A stretch of 58,424 nt of DNA, filler included, from Dimargaris cristalligena (lineage: Eukaryota): NCBI GenBank assembly GCA_003614675.1. It is 6 parts of 6 records of this genome, joined end to end, with 100 filler letters (N's around TTAATTAATTAA, not from the genome) between each part and the next. Parts side by side here need not be neighbours in the genome. Positions count along the whole stretch, not along the records: positions 9,778 to 19,452 come from ML003248.1; positions 19,553 to 29,218 come from ML003249.1; 4 more parts are not named here. One strand, 5' to 3'. Of this stretch, positions 11,608 through 23,668 are shown piece by piece. Each line of letters opens with the position of its first letter. The first letter of the stretch is position 1. A model generated the notes under the pieces. It was not told the DNA's origin. It saw nothing but the letters and a program-made list of their open reading frames with translations, and did not search any database. The translations under genes were made by a program, and so were the position numbers.

Positions 11608-13401
11608 ATGATCGCCCTTAACAGACTTCGAATCGTTCATTTTGCCTTTAGCTTTCGGCCGATAAAGTCTCGTTACAATTGTCATTATAGCACATTTAAG
11701 CCAACTCCCATGTCTACTCCCCACCTTGAATCGGCCACCAAACGTCGGCGCATTATGGAGGAGACCACCGCATCGGTCGAGGCCCGAGTCTCCGGGAATG
11801 CCTCCTCGGCCAAGCTCGACTCACCAGTGCCAGTGCCAAGCCACCCGCCATCACCGGCTGCTGGTCCCGACGAAACCGCTGAAGCCGAGTATTATTTTGA
11901 GAATGGGTTACGCCGGGTACGTCCCTACTACCATACGTACAGCACCAATGCCAAAGGCCGTTGGTTCGGGCGAACCCTCCTCGATGTATTTGTGCGTGAA
12001 TTCCGGGACCAATCCGAACCCTACTACCTCGAAGCCATCCACCGGGGTATTATCATGATCAACGACCAAAAAGTCACCCCCGACACCATCGTGCGCCTCC
12101 ACGACCGGATTACGCACCGCATTCATCGGCACGAACCACCCGTTAGCGCTACCCCGCCTATCCGAATAGTACATCGGTCGGACTCGGTTGTGGTGGTCGA
12201 CAAACCGGCGAGTATACCCGTACACCCCAGTGGGCGGTACTACCATAATACCCTGATCCACATACTACGGCGGGAATTCGGTATAAAAAGCCCATTCCTG
12301 AGCCCGGCAAATCGGCTGGATCGGTTAACATCCGGTCTGGTTATCTTGGCATTGGATGCTGCTACCGCCCGGGACTTAGAGGGTCAGATGAGGTCACGGC
12401 AAGTACGTAAGGAGTACGTGTGCCGGGTTCTAGGCGATTTCCCCCCTAACTTTTCCGCGCAATCCCCCACTCCCGCCGGCCCGGTGGACAAGGATGGGCC
12501 TAGAGACCACCAATGCAATATAGATGCGGTGGTACCGAATTCCGATGGTGGTGATGATAGCGAGGATTTATCCAGTTATGTCGTTTGTGACGAGCCCATT
12601 AAAACTGTAGCCCATAAACTCGGACTAGTCGCGGTCCATCCTGACGGTAAACCGAGTCGCACGCTTTTTCGCCCCATTGGCCGAGTTCTGGGCCCAGCTA
12701 CGATACCCTTAGTTGACCCGACTGAATCTAACACTGCCTCAAGTCATCATCTAAAACCGCCCCTAACCACTGTGGTCCAATGTAAACCACTAACGGGCCG
12801 TACTCACCAGATCCGCGTGCACTTACAGTACTTGGGCTACCCTATTGCCAATGACCCCCTCTACTGCAATGCGCGCGTGTGGGGAGGTTTAACAACCCCT
12901 CAGACGGAACTGAAGGCGGAGGCGACAATCCAGAAGGCCATTGCTAATTTGACTGAGCTAGATCATCACCAACAACACCATCCGGCTAAGGAAATTTCGG
13001 TTGTTAGTGAGCAAAGGGAGCCAGCATCCGAAGTAAGCCACGGGCAGGGCCCGAAAAAGGCCGATACTAATGATGTTGACCCAACAATGACTTCAACTAC
13101 CGACCAGCAATCCCCGTTATCTGCCGGACCTGCTTCTTCCTCGTTGTCGCAAGGATCACCACTGTCACCACCACCAACGGCCAGTAGCTCCTCACCCTTG
13201 GCATTACCTCTGGGGTTTGAAGCGTCTTGTACACAATGCCAGGAAAACATACACTCACCAATACCGGATCCCAAACCCGAGCAGCGACTGATCTGGCTAC
13301 ATGCTTACAAGTATGAGGGCGACGGGTGGTCCTATAAAACGGAAATGCCCGCCTGGTCCAAACCCAAGGAAAACAGTTCTTCCGAAGCAGATACCAATTA
13401 A
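11608..13401 (+). CDS. RluA-family tRNA pseudouridine synthase (Rib2/Pus8/Pus9, RPUSD2-like)
   Basis: Intronless 597-aa ORF with YFENGLRRVRPY, AKGRWFGR, HRHEPPV, DKPASIPVHPSGRY, catalytic NRLDRLTSGL, TGRTHQIRVHL, PIANDPLY and LIWLHAYKY. A second ATG lies at 11710. Confidence 0.95.
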   Translation: MIALNRLRIVHFAFSFRPIKSRYNCHYSTFKPTPMSTPHLESATKRRRIMEETTASVEARVSGNASSAKLDSPVPVPSHPPSPAAGPDETAEAEYYFENGLRRVRPYYHTYSTNAKGRWFGRTLLDVFVREFRDQSEPYYLEAIHRGIIMINDQKVTPDTIVRLHDRITHRIHRHEPPVSATPPIRIVHRSDSVVVVDKPASIPVHPSGRYYHNTLIHILRREFGIKSPFLSPANRLDRLTSGLVILALDAATARDLEGQMRSRQVRKEYVCRVLGDFPPNFSAQSPTPAGPVDKDGPRDHQCNIDAVVPNSDGGDDSEDLSSYVVCDEPIKTVAHKLGLVAVHPDGKPSRTLFRPIGRVLGPATIPLVDPTESNTASSHHLKPPLTTVVQCKPLTGRTHQIRVHLQYLGYPIANDPLYCNARVWGGLTTPQTELKAEATIQKAIANLTELDHHQQHHPAKEISVVSEQREPASEVSHGQGPKKADTNDVDPTMTSTTDQQSPLSAGPASSSLSQGSPLSPPPTASSSSPLALPLGFEASCTQCQENIHSPIPDPKPEQRLIWLHAYKYEGDGWSYKTEMPAWSKPKENSSSEADTN

Positions 13402-13834
13402 TATATACTAATTCCGTACTGCAAGAGGTAGAGGCCCTTCAAGTCTAATTATACTGTATTGTTCCAACTGACCCCCCCATCCCCCAATCGACTGTTTGTT
13501 TTTAGATACAATGCAGGCATAAACCATATATTATTAAATTGAATAGTATCCATCCTGAACAAAAATATGGAGAGTGATAAGGGATTCCCCCTTAGTTGCT
13601 CTATACTGGTAAGATATTGGGAATTGGTACTTGTTAGGTTCGGATTTATAGGCTAATTTTGAAATAAGAGGCGGCTGACAGTGCGCGTGGAGCATGGTGT
13701 CTCTATCTCATAAAAGGTGAAAAAGCCCGCATTATGGTCCGATAATATCAAGAGAACAAATTAAAGGAGTAAAAATATAGTGTGGTGGATCGTATAGGCG
13801 AGGGACGTGGACGAACCGATCGCTCTGGACCGAT

Positions 13835-16010
13835 TTAGATTTCACGCACGTAATTGGCTACAAATGAAAATGTGTTCGAGTTTGGTGAAGATACAGAAGG
13901 CAATGGGGTAAATAGAGCCATAATAAATTAGTTGATGAGTCATTTTTCATGATTATCCGGTAAATCGAATTGTTAGATCATTAAGTTCATAACCAGGGTA
14001 TATGCACCATATGTTCCCAAGTGCCGATGGCTCATCGGAATGAAAAAAAATAGAATTTTATCGAGAGAAGGGGCGATGACTTTACCTGGAAACATGCCCG
14101 TTTTGCCGCCGCACTTGCCCTGCCACCAGTCGTCGGTACTATTTGTCTTTCCGGTGATTTCGATTTTGTCATCGGCATTGAACGACAGGTCACCCTCGGC
14201 CTGTGCAGCATAGTCGTAGAGCGCAATGGCGTATAGAGGACCAGAGCCGTCCCCGCGACTACCAGCGGCCGGGGCAGCGGCCGTCGAAGGTTGAGCGGCC
14301 GGGCCTGAGTTGTAACTGCCTGGGGTCGCTTTAGCATCCGCTGCCCCGTAGGGAGGGGAGGCGCCTGGGACAGGCATATCCTGGTAACCTGGCGGGGCAT
14401 AGGCGGGTGGTGGAACATCGGCATGGCCCGCCCCTACTGCGCCGGCGGTTCCTGAGTTGAGGTACTGGTGGGGTGAAGGCATCGTGGCCGCTGCGGCGCC
14501 GAAGGCGGCCGCTTGTTTACTACCGCCATAAGCCCCCGCACCTCCTCCTCCTCCTCCCCCACTCATGGAAGCCGAAGCGATGGAGTAGGCGGGAGCGGTA
14601 TGGAAGCTGTCATTGGAAGCGGTTTGGCCTAATTTGGGCATTTCCATATGGCCGACGGCTGCCTCGGGCTGCTTGGGTGAGGTAGCGCCGCTCAGCGATG
14701 TCGTGGACCCGGCGTTGGATTTCGTGCGCTGGAAGAGACCGGTGGCCTTCCCTAATACCCCGTGGACGGATTTCCCCGAGGAGGCCGACGTCGGGCGAGC
14801 GCCAGTCAGGTCGGCCTCGGTGTGGAAGTGGCCCGTGACACTGACCCCGTCAATGAGGGACCGGGCATGGGGGCCGCGTTGGTTGTAAACGAACTGGGCG
14901 GTAGTGTTCGGGTCGAACCCGCACGTGTAGACGGTGGTCTGCAGGCTCTGGATCATGGTGGTATGGATCTTGACCTGCAGCTGGTAGAAGTTGACGAGGC
15001 AGGGCTCGATCAGGCGGGTCCGGAGGGTTAGGATCTTGGGCAGGTCAGCCTTGAGGGCGTCGTTGTAGAAGTTAAAGTCACGGCTGGCTTCTTCGAACTG
15101 GTTATCCATTTGGTGGATCTTGCGGTCTTCGTCCAGCTTACGATCAGTCTTTTCGCGCAGCTTACGCAAACCAGCGCGGACCCGGTCGTAATCCTCCAGC
15201 TTACGATTACGCTTGTCAATGACTTTACCCACTTGGCCGGCCATACGCAGAAATTCGGCGGTGGGATTAACGACACATTGGTCGATCTGGTCCAGTTCGG
15301 GAAACACCCGGTCGCGCAGGTCGTTCATCTGGTCGACGGCCTTTTCCATCATGGCAATTTGTTCGGGGCTGGCATTTTGCAGGGGCTGGGAGGGGATGTC
15401 GTCATCGAGGGCGATTTGGGGCTTGTAGATGTTTAGTAGAGAATGGGTCATTGAATACTGGAAATTTAGCATATCTAAATACCAGCGAAAGGAGGGGGGT
15501 TGATGGTTATAGGTGCGAAAGAAGCGAGAATTTGTTAGTCGAGGATGCAGACCGTTGATACCATAGTTGATGGTGGGAAGCGTATGCTAAGACTGGGCGG
15601 AAATTCACATTTGTAGGGGAGGGAGTCAACTTACCGGAGACACTATCCCGATAGCGCTGGGCGTCAACATTGAGCTTTGCTGCGCTCTGGCGCATTTCGG
15701 TGATTTGGCTGGCGTACGAATCGTATTCTTCATCGGCGGTTCCTGAAAAGGGGGGTTAGGTTATTATTACGGAATATATTATACAGAGGCCCTGCGCATG
15801 AGTTATTCCGGGCCGGGACTTATCGGGCGGAGGCGGTGGCAACTAAGGTTGTTGCAGCCGGGAACTAAGATGGGCCAAATGAGGGTCGGCGGGGGTGGGT
15901 GGGCCTATCAATGGGTGTGGTAAAGGGTACTTACGGTCAGCTTGGCCCACCTTGGACATGACCTGGTGGGGCAGGCGATTGACGGCCTTCTTCAATCCTT
16001 TCCAGCTCAT
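13835..16010 (-). CDS. RVS167: Amphiphysin-like BAR + SH3 endocytic adaptor, 4 exons
   Basis: Exons are 16010-15935 (MSWKGLKKAVNRLPHQVMSK), 15742-15635, 15474-14086 and 13857-13835 (PANYVREI*). The BAR segment is KRNRKLEDYDR; a Gly/Pro/Ala linker precedes the SH3 motif ALYDYAAQAEGDLSF...DDWWQG...GMFPANYV. Confidence 0.93.
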
Positions 16011-16065
16011 GGTGGGAGTTTGGGGTTAGAGGAGTATGGAGGGGACTAGAGAGGGTATAGGCCTG

Positions 16066-16115
16066 TGGTAGCAGTAGTAGTAGTAGTAGTGGTGGTGGTG
16101 GTGGTGGTGGTAGTA
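16066..16115. repeat. Compound trinucleotide microsatellite (GTA)n(GTG)n upstream of RVS167
   Basis: Sequence GTAGCAGTAGTAG...GTGGTGGTG...GTAGTAG. Confidence 0.85.
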
Positions 16116-17040
16116 GGGGAACGGCAAAACAAGCAAAGGACAATCAGAAAAAAGGTAAAGAGGCAATGTGGGGTTGGTAAAGGGACAAGTGAGTTATACA
16201 AGCTGGGGGAGTATCCTTTGGGAACGCCTCCCCACAGTATAGTAAGTGTTCCTCGGTTCACTCGGAGGAGGCTGAGGCAGGCAATACAAGAAGGGCTTCT
16301 CTCTCCCTGCTTGGAATGAATGACGTATGGAATTTATGGGTGCCAGGGCTTATGGGGTGGCGGCTGTCACAGGGGCTGGGCCGAATATTCGGACGAGAGG
16401 GCTGTTTGGGTCATGCAGCCTTTCTTGGCGTAGTCGTACCACCCACCTATCGCATCGGCCATCCAGATTGTATGGCACACTGCAAAACTGGGCCTGAAGC
16501 CTGGACGAAAATTAATAGCCGCCTCCTCCTGCCCTCAGGTAATACAATAAATAATATTTTCTATACACTATGGCGGTGCTCTTTTAGTTATAAGCTACTA
16601 TAGTGCCTCTCCCTATAGAGTAATCCATACATAACAAACCATCCCCATTTATTCCAATTCAAAACAGTTTCCGCCAAGCACAACCATAATGGTGCCGTGC
16701 CAAGAATAAGAGTTATAATAAGCAACTTCCATCAAGTCACCAGGATAGGGCAATAATAGGGGACAAAGACATTCATTGTTGGTGGAGTGTTCTATTTAGC
16801 TGGGCTGTGGGACTTGGGTGAATCGACCGTCCCAGGCTGAAAAGAACCCAGACACTCAAAACCAGCAACAGTGAACAATACTTACTCTAGGTAGACTATA
16901 CTATATATCCCCCCTTCTTACCTTCGACTCGCTGGAAAAGTCTCGGCATTCCAATTGCCTGCTGCTCGTCCTCGCATTCCCCTTTTTTTAACGGCCATTC
17001 TACCACCTTCCCTTGGGCTTTTCTATTCACAGCACCTACC

Positions 17041-18642
17041 ATGGCTTGCCAAGGGGTCCAGGACCACTGCCAACCCGGCAGCTCCAGCCCGAACACACCG
17101 GCTCCTACAACCCCGCAATATGACGGCATCTTCAATAGCCCCCGTCTCCTGGGCCTTGTTCTCGACCAGCTTCCCCGCCCTGACCTCCTACGCTGCTGCC
17201 AAGTTAGCCGGTCTTGGCGGAACCTTGCTCAGCCCCGTATTCACCGCCATCTTCTCTTTGGCACCTATTGGAAGTCCCGCTTCGATGATTGGCGACATTA
17301 TCTGGCCCGGCTACCATCCTACCCACTGGAAACCGCTCGCGGCCACAGCCGGGTACTGGACTTGTCGGGCCTCGATTTCCCGCTCTGTTCCTCCCACGAG
17401 TCCTTTATGCCGCCGTCGCTCGCCGCCCCTACCTACAAGAGCGACCCCAACTCGGCCTGGTTATTCGTGGTCCTGACCCAGTTGCCCCGGCTGAAGTCCC
17501 TGCTGCTCCACCAGTGCCGTCTACTTCACAATGAAACGATCCTAATGTTCCGCTCTCCTTCCCTGCCAGCTGTCCATTCGTTCGGGAATATCACTACCCT
17601 GGCCATAACCGATAATGATAATTTAACCGAGAGGTCCATTAATCTCATACCCACTCTGTTTCCCAATCTCCACACCCTCGACCTTACCGGAACCCGCCCC
17701 GGCGTGACCGACCGCTCCCTCGCTCTCATTGCCGACCACTGCCCTAATCTCGCCCACTTGACCATTGGGCATATGGGTTCCAAAGTAACAGACAACGGTA
17801 TCCTGGCCGTCTGCAAAATGACCCGGTCTCGCCTACGTACCCTAAATTTAGTGAGTTTCCCCAAGCAAACCGTCACGGACCAAACGCTGGCCTACATCAC
17901 CCAATACTGCACCCAATTAAACGCTCTCACCATTGCCGACTGCCCTGCCATTACCACCCGGGGCTGGATTACTGCCCTAGCGACATCTCCCATTCGGGAC
18001 GGTGGCCGGTGGAAGCGACTCGATTTATCGGGTGGTAAATTAGTCACGGGCGACCCCGGACTTTGGACCACCCTAGCCCAACATGCCGCTAAGCTACAGT
18101 CGCTCTCTGTGTCATTTACGACACTGGTTATGCCTGCACCATCCACCCCGCGCTCAACCCGTCCGTATGGCCTGCCACCCAACTCGCACGACCGACCCTC
18201 CCCCCTTACATCGAAGGACTATCTAACCGACTCACAATTCCCGAACGAGTCCCTGGCTTATCAAGTCCTAAGTGCGGATTTATTGGCATTCCTCGGGCCA
18301 GGTCTCCAGGTCCCCAAAGCCACATCGACCCAGTCGTCCTCCCCCCCATGGATGCTCCTCCATGACCTTCAAATTGATATGATGCCCGACGATAGTGAAT
18401 TCCCTCCCGATCTAAACCCTTTAATGGAGTTTATCCAGCTGTTCCCCGCTCTTCGGACCCTTCGTGTCCTACGGCAAAGCTGTCCTGCCCACCGGTCCAG
18501 CCCAGCCCTGTACCAATATGACCACCACCGGCATATGTCAATAAATACCGGGGACAAACTTTGGCTGGCCTTGGTTGACCTGGCCCGAAGACGAGCCCCA
18601 CACCTTCATATCACTTTGGACCATAGCCACGTCGCTTTCTGA
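17041..18642 (+). CDS. F-box / leucine-rich repeat protein (FBXL-like SCF adaptor)
   Basis: N-terminal F-box-like LLGLVLDQLPRPDLLRCCQVSRSWRNLA, followed by cysteine-containing LRRs (LHTLDLTG, VTDRSLALIADHCPNL, VTDNGI, ITQYCTQLNALTIADCPAIT). Confidence 0.9.
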   Translation: MACQGVQDHCQPGSSSPNTPAPTTPQYDGIFNSPRLLGLVLDQLPRPDLLRCCQVSRSWRNLAQPRIHRHLLFGTYWKSRFDDWRHYLARLPSYPLETARGHSRVLDLSGLDFPLCSSHESFMPPSLAAPTYKSDPNSAWLFVVLTQLPRLKSLLLHQCRLLHNETILMFRSPSLPAVHSFGNITTLAITDNDNLTERSINLIPTLFPNLHTLDLTGTRPGVTDRSLALIADHCPNLAHLTIGHMGSKVTDNGILAVCKMTRSRLRTLNLVSFPKQTVTDQTLAYITQYCTQLNALTIADCPAITTRGWITALATSPIRDGGRWKRLDLSGGKLVTGDPGLWTTLAQHAAKLQSLSVSFTTLVMPAPSTPRSTRPYGLPPNSHDRPSPLTSKDYLTDSQFPNESLAYQVLSADLLAFLGPGLQVPKATSTQSSSPPWMLLHDLQIDMMPDDSEFPPDLNPLMEFIQLFPALRTLRVLRQSCPAHRSSPALYQYDHHRHMSINTGDKLWLALVDLARRRAPHLHITLDHSHVAF

Positions 18643-19034
18643 TAGTGGGGAAAGGCATACTAGACCAGCGGCATATTATCTGACAAAGGCAAGCCCCTAA
18701 ACATATCCCAACCTTGCTATCATCTTGGCATCATTAGGTTATACTAACCTTATGATTTTTTCTGAATATAAATGGTCCTGGAAGGTGCATGTCTATTATG
18801 CTGTGGCTCATATGAATTCCCATATATATAGTTCAATAAAGAGGGAGGGTTCAATAAAATTATATGTGGTTTTGAAGTAGAATTTAGAGAAATATGTCAG
18901 CACAGTTTTGATTTTACCAGTAATAGTTAACATTGTGGTGTAGAACAATCTATACCATCATGGCCACACCCCTTGTATTTGGTGTTGCTCAGACTAGAGA
19001 TGAGTATACCATAGTATGTTCCCCTAGGAGGTGC

Positions 19035-19330
19035 CCAGTATTGTGCTAGTGGCTTGAGATACCTCCATTTCAGGGTTAGGGCTGGGGTTGGATTCCTTGC
19101 TTCCTCCTGGGCTGGTAGGATCACTGGACATCAGATTCAAGGGGCTGGTGCCTATGTGGAACATTGAGAATTTAGGAAACAGCCCCTTGGTTAGTTGGAT
19201 TTGGTCAGAACTGTTATTGGGGCTGGAACTGGGGTATAGTGGAAATAAATCCAAGGTGATGGATCCTAAACTCCCATCATTGGAGTTAGGTGCTGGGTGA
19301 GCCACAGTGACTATACACTGATAAACTGGG
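19035..19330 (-). repeat. Dispersed repeat family E, copy 1 (degenerate coding fragment)
   Basis: Encodes AHPAPNSNDGSLGSI...PLYPSSS...SSDQI and is homologous to 45972-46262 on another contig. Confidence 0.75.
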
Positions 19331-19357
19331 TAAGGAAATAATAAAACTAATAAAGAT

Positions 19358-19397
19358 TGTTACCCAGGTTAACCACTCTTAGTCCATCAAGAGTCCC
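19358..19397 (-). repeat. 40-bp 3' tip of LTR family A (reverse orientation)
   Basis: TGTTACCCAGGTTAACCACTCTTAGTCCATCAAGAGTCC is the near-exact reverse complement of the LTR end at ~25867-25905. Confidence 0.85.
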
Positions 19398-19400
19398 AAG

Positions 19401-19452
19401 TGTAAAGAACTGAACTCAAATCCTTGAAAACTGAACTTTATTCAAAAAAATA
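19401..19452 (-). repeat. Terminus of repeat family C (LTR-like), truncated by contig end
   Basis: Reverse complement of ~19677-19728 with few mismatches. Confidence 0.8.
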
Positions 19453-19552
19453 NNNNNNNNNNNNNNNNNNNNNNNNNNNNNNNNNNNNNNNNNNNNTTAA
19501 TTAATTAANNNNNNNNNNNNNNNNNNNNNNNNNNNNNNNNNNNNNNNNNNNN
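19453..19552. other. Artificial contig spacer
   Basis: N-run, TTAATTAATTAA, N-run (100 bp). Confidence 0.97.
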
Positions 19553-19728
19553 CTTCTCTCCCTTTCTCTATTATTTATCTATCTTTTCATTTAGGCTTCC
19601 CCTTTTGAGTATAAATACTCACCCTTGCTGCCACCTCTTGGAACAGTAAGTCTATCATCACCTTTCCCTTATCATCTATTTTTTTGAACAAAGTTCAGTT
19701 TTTAAGGATTTGATTTCAGTTCTTTACA
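19553..19728 (+). repeat. 3' end of LTR-like repeat family C
   Basis: Contains TATAAATA at ~19610 and ends ...TTCTTTACA. A second copy of the terminus is at 19401-19452. Confidence 0.6.
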
Positions 19729-20050
19729 CCAATTATAAGGGGAAAGAGAATTCATAGAGTAAAACTAATAAAGTAAAGGATAGGAATAAAACAAAAGAGC
19801 TACTAATAACTATTCATAGATATGCATACCCAATTATATAAAAAGGGTGGATTAACCAATAGGAATATATAAAAATCGAAGGGGAAATTTGTATAGAAAG
19901 AATGAGTTAAAGGGGAAGGGAAAAAAATTGGATTTACTAGAAAAAAGCCATGTCATACCCTGCATAATAATAATAATAAAATAAGTGTGGTGTTATGATA
20001 GGCTAGAAATAAGACCAGGTACCACAGGATGGACAGGACTTCAAAGGACA

Positions 20051-20305
20051 GGAATAAGTTTATTAGACTAGATATTAGAATAAGACAAAACAAAAGAGAA
20101 GTTGCAAGCTAAAGAGTAAGCTGTGGGAGAGTGGTTGGGGTTATATCTAAACTCAAGGGGTAGGGGAAGAATAATGATAACTAATAAATATAAATCAGTA
20201 ACTAAATAATAAGGGGAATATAATAATGGGAATAAAACATAGTAGGACAATGGGTATATATTTCTATAATGTTAAATGTTAATTTACCCATTCATTAGTA
20301 TGGGT
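20051..20305. repeat. Dispersed AT-rich repeat family B, copy 1
   Basis: Aligns by eye with 44539-44790 (AAGTTG(C/T)AAGCT(A/G)AAGAGTAA, ATCAGTAACTA, AATTTACC(C/T)ATT(C/T)ATT). Confidence 0.7.
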
Positions 20306-23300
20306 TTTTACCTGTATAGCTGGTTATTCTTGTAGTTTGAATTAACCAGTCATGATATGTGGCTATAGGGGGACAGTCCACCTTGCCACAATGGTAATAC
20401 ATCCTCATTCTCATAGGAAAGAGTTTGAAGGATAACTACATCACTATTTGCAAATATAATATATTATAGGATATAGAACCTTGAACCTTAGAGAAGTATT
20501 GGGAACTTCAGTGGCCGAAAATATGGCTTGAGGTACAAAGAAATAGGTTTTCCTTGAGAAATATCAATGAGTCTAAATAAGGAAACTTGCTAATCAAAAT
20601 TAGACCTTTAACCTTCCTGCACCAAGCAGCAAGACATATATGCAAATGATAGTGTACAGTAGTCAGTATCATTAGGTAAAACTGCCTAGTAAATTTCTTA
20701 TTTTGGCATGAATTATGAGTAGTATTATGTCTATAATGGGCTGGTACATGCACACAGGAAAAAAAAACCTTTCTGAGAGCCTTACAAAGGTGAATTGGAT
20801 TGTTCCAATGATAGGGAAAATAATGTGTCAAAACCCTTGTGAACTCTGAGAGCTGTCCTAGGATTGTGTTGTTTGGTGCCCCTGGACTAATGAATTTCCT
20901 TTTAGGGCACTAGTCTACTAAACAGCACCAAAAAGGTATACAGTAACTCACCAGGTTCAAGATCCATTAGATAGAGACCCAGCATACTGTCAGTGATCTA
21001 TATTGGGCTGGATGGGGTAGACCATCCAACTGTTGGATATTCCATGACAGGGTAGATGTGGTGTATGGCCCCATAGGCTAGCTTCTCTAGCAAGCCCAAG
21101 ATTTTCCAGGAGAAAGATCTTGGAGCAGGGAGGGTGCTTGCAACTGTGTGTTTGTGTTTGTGTACATGTGTTTTTTTTTAAAAAAAAAACGAAAAACACC
21201 CAGTTTATTAATGGGTAATCTTATTTTATTAGTAGTGAGAGGAGATCTAAGCTTATTTTATTTGGTCATAAGGGAGGATGGGTGTGTATGATAGGCACAC
21301 CACTGTGAAGGACGAAGGCTAGTGTGAGAAAAGTCCAGGTCCAATAGAAACAGTGGGGCTTCCCTTATTCATCTATATAATGTAACATTCCTTAGATAGG
21401 GTGGAATTTTTTTAATGGCTCTCTGTGGAGGAGGGATTGACGGGCCATTTTACCAGTACACTGTTGAAGCAAGGATCATCACCGTCACCCTCGCCCAGAA
21501 TGTCAGGTTGTCCTGGGGATTTCAGGTCCAGCACAGTGTTATGATCATAAAGACCACGGCAGAAAGGCCGAAATATAATAGATAAATGTTTATTGAGATA
21601 GGACGAAGTAATGGGAAAAAGCCTCCTAGAACCAGAGGTGGGCGGGGGCAGTTGGTTTCGAAAACCACCAGCAGGGCAAATCCTCCTGCCCTGCTGTGTG
21701 TCACACTCGTGCTGCTATTGGCCGAGTTGACCGTAACAACTGTATCGTATTCCCCAAATCAAATATTTTCCCCTGGTTTATCTCCTTACAGGGTAGTGTA
21801 AGCAAATGGGTCCCACCCCTTCCTCATGTTATCCTTACCGATTCAATCCGAAATATTACCAAGCAAACTTTCTGGGTATGGAGTGAGCGGCTGTCATCCC
21901 CTATTCATCATATTGAACAGGGTAAATTCATTAATTGAAAGATTCGTTTAAATACACTATGCCATGTCGTTTATATGTATTTGATGTGTCCAAGGGATGC
22001 TTAACTGGCCATGGGCTCGACAATCAATATTCGACGGATGCCACTGTACAACACAATGTATAGGTAATTTATAAATCCCTCTGTTGGGCGAAGCGTTATC
22101 TGTTCGAAACCAATATGGTCCCCCCTCATTCCCACCGGACTTTGGGTTAAAGCTCAGTCTGCGTTTGTTGAATCTATACAATTCATTTATTGCCTCTTGG
22201 TTAAAAAAAAGATACCGGTATGTTTAGAATACATTTTATCTTGGTCGTGACCAGTGTCACTGACCCTTATATTATCCCTTAATACTGACTTAACATGAGA
22301 CCTTCTACAGTCATTACGAGTATCTTTTATATGCCAATGTACATGCCTCATCCACTGTTAACTGAGTGTTTCGGGTCATCCTTATCATATGCTCGAATAG
22401 TCATTCGTTCACGCCTTTCCGTCTCAATTATCGGGACACACGTTTAAGTGTGCCATCTTTCTACTCCATCATCGGGCAGGGTGGTCTACCAATATCAGCC
22501 TGTTTGGGGGGCGACCGAGGATGTGTCGGTATCTTAGAAAAGTACATTGAGCAGCTATAATTTGGTTCGTTTTTTTTATAACAAGGCAGTCGCCACATAT
22601 TTGTAGATCTGGGCCTAGGAGGATCCCGGGAGTAACACCAAGTATTAAAGAATCGAATTAACCCATGTTCCTTTTTGCAGCGTGGGAGTAGGTGGTTAGA
22701 AATTAGGCAGACTTAAGTTGTCTGTAATTCACTGACTAGGAATTACTGGTCTTTAAACGCAGGCCAAGACCGTATATTGGAATTGGACTGTACAGCCTCC
22801 AAGGAGAATGTCGCATCTATTCCTTTTGGTTCCAAGTTCACTCATGACCCCTGTTAGAGGGAGAATCGTGGCCGTGTAATAGCCAGCTTGCGGCGCCATT
22901 CGCTTCCCCTTTAATTCTATTTCCGCTGGGTACATCGTTTATGATTTACAGGTTTATCCCTAACCTAATGTTCCTGTGCGTTAAACCCATCCTAACCCTC
23001 TCTCCTGTTCAACCCCCGAGTCTATAGCAAAGTGCTGGCACCCCCCAGTAGGAGTGTTCTTTTTGTATGGCCTGCCCTGCGATCGAATGATTATCAATTC
23101 CCTCATTACGCTGAACCTCACCAATATATAAGTAGGGCAAACTACAGGAAGTCATAAATATATTTAATGAATGAAGGAGCGGGTGATAATCCTCCAGACC
23201 AGCGAGAGTCCCCTTAAAACCACTCCTTAAATCGAAGCGGTTTGAAGATGAACACCATTGGCATTGAGTGCAGATCGCGACTTCTCCTCACTACCGACCT

Positions 23301-23668
23301 GGACTACCCCCCATCCCCCTCGCCAGCATTTCGATGGGATTATCGTCAGCATTGGTTACCCGCGCACTTATAAATATACTGAAGCGCCTCATCTCTCTAC
23401 ATTTTTATGTATTTTATTGAGCGATGTCATCTTTTTCACAGTACACACACATAGATTGTATAGCAATCCATACGTGTATTGATGTTTATTTTATTATCTT
23501 ATTTATATTTTTGATTCAATTTTAATACTTTCTCTACCGCCTTCACTGCATTACTATTTTCCATCCAGTATCTATTCATACATAACGAAAGTTCCGTATC
23601 ATTTTTTTAGAGTCGAGACACTTTGATACTCACGCTATCTGATTATCACTCATCCAACCACCCTTACA

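Noticed and set aside
19401..19728. Apparent inverted repeat flanking the gap
   Set aside because: The two arms lie on different contigs joined artificially; they are simply two copies of repeat family C.
20400..21150. Possible degenerate transposase or Fanzor-like reading frame in CpG-depleted DNA
   Set aside because: Stop density looks no lower than random AT-rich sequence and no convincing catalytic motifs are present; it would need a consensus-based HMM search.
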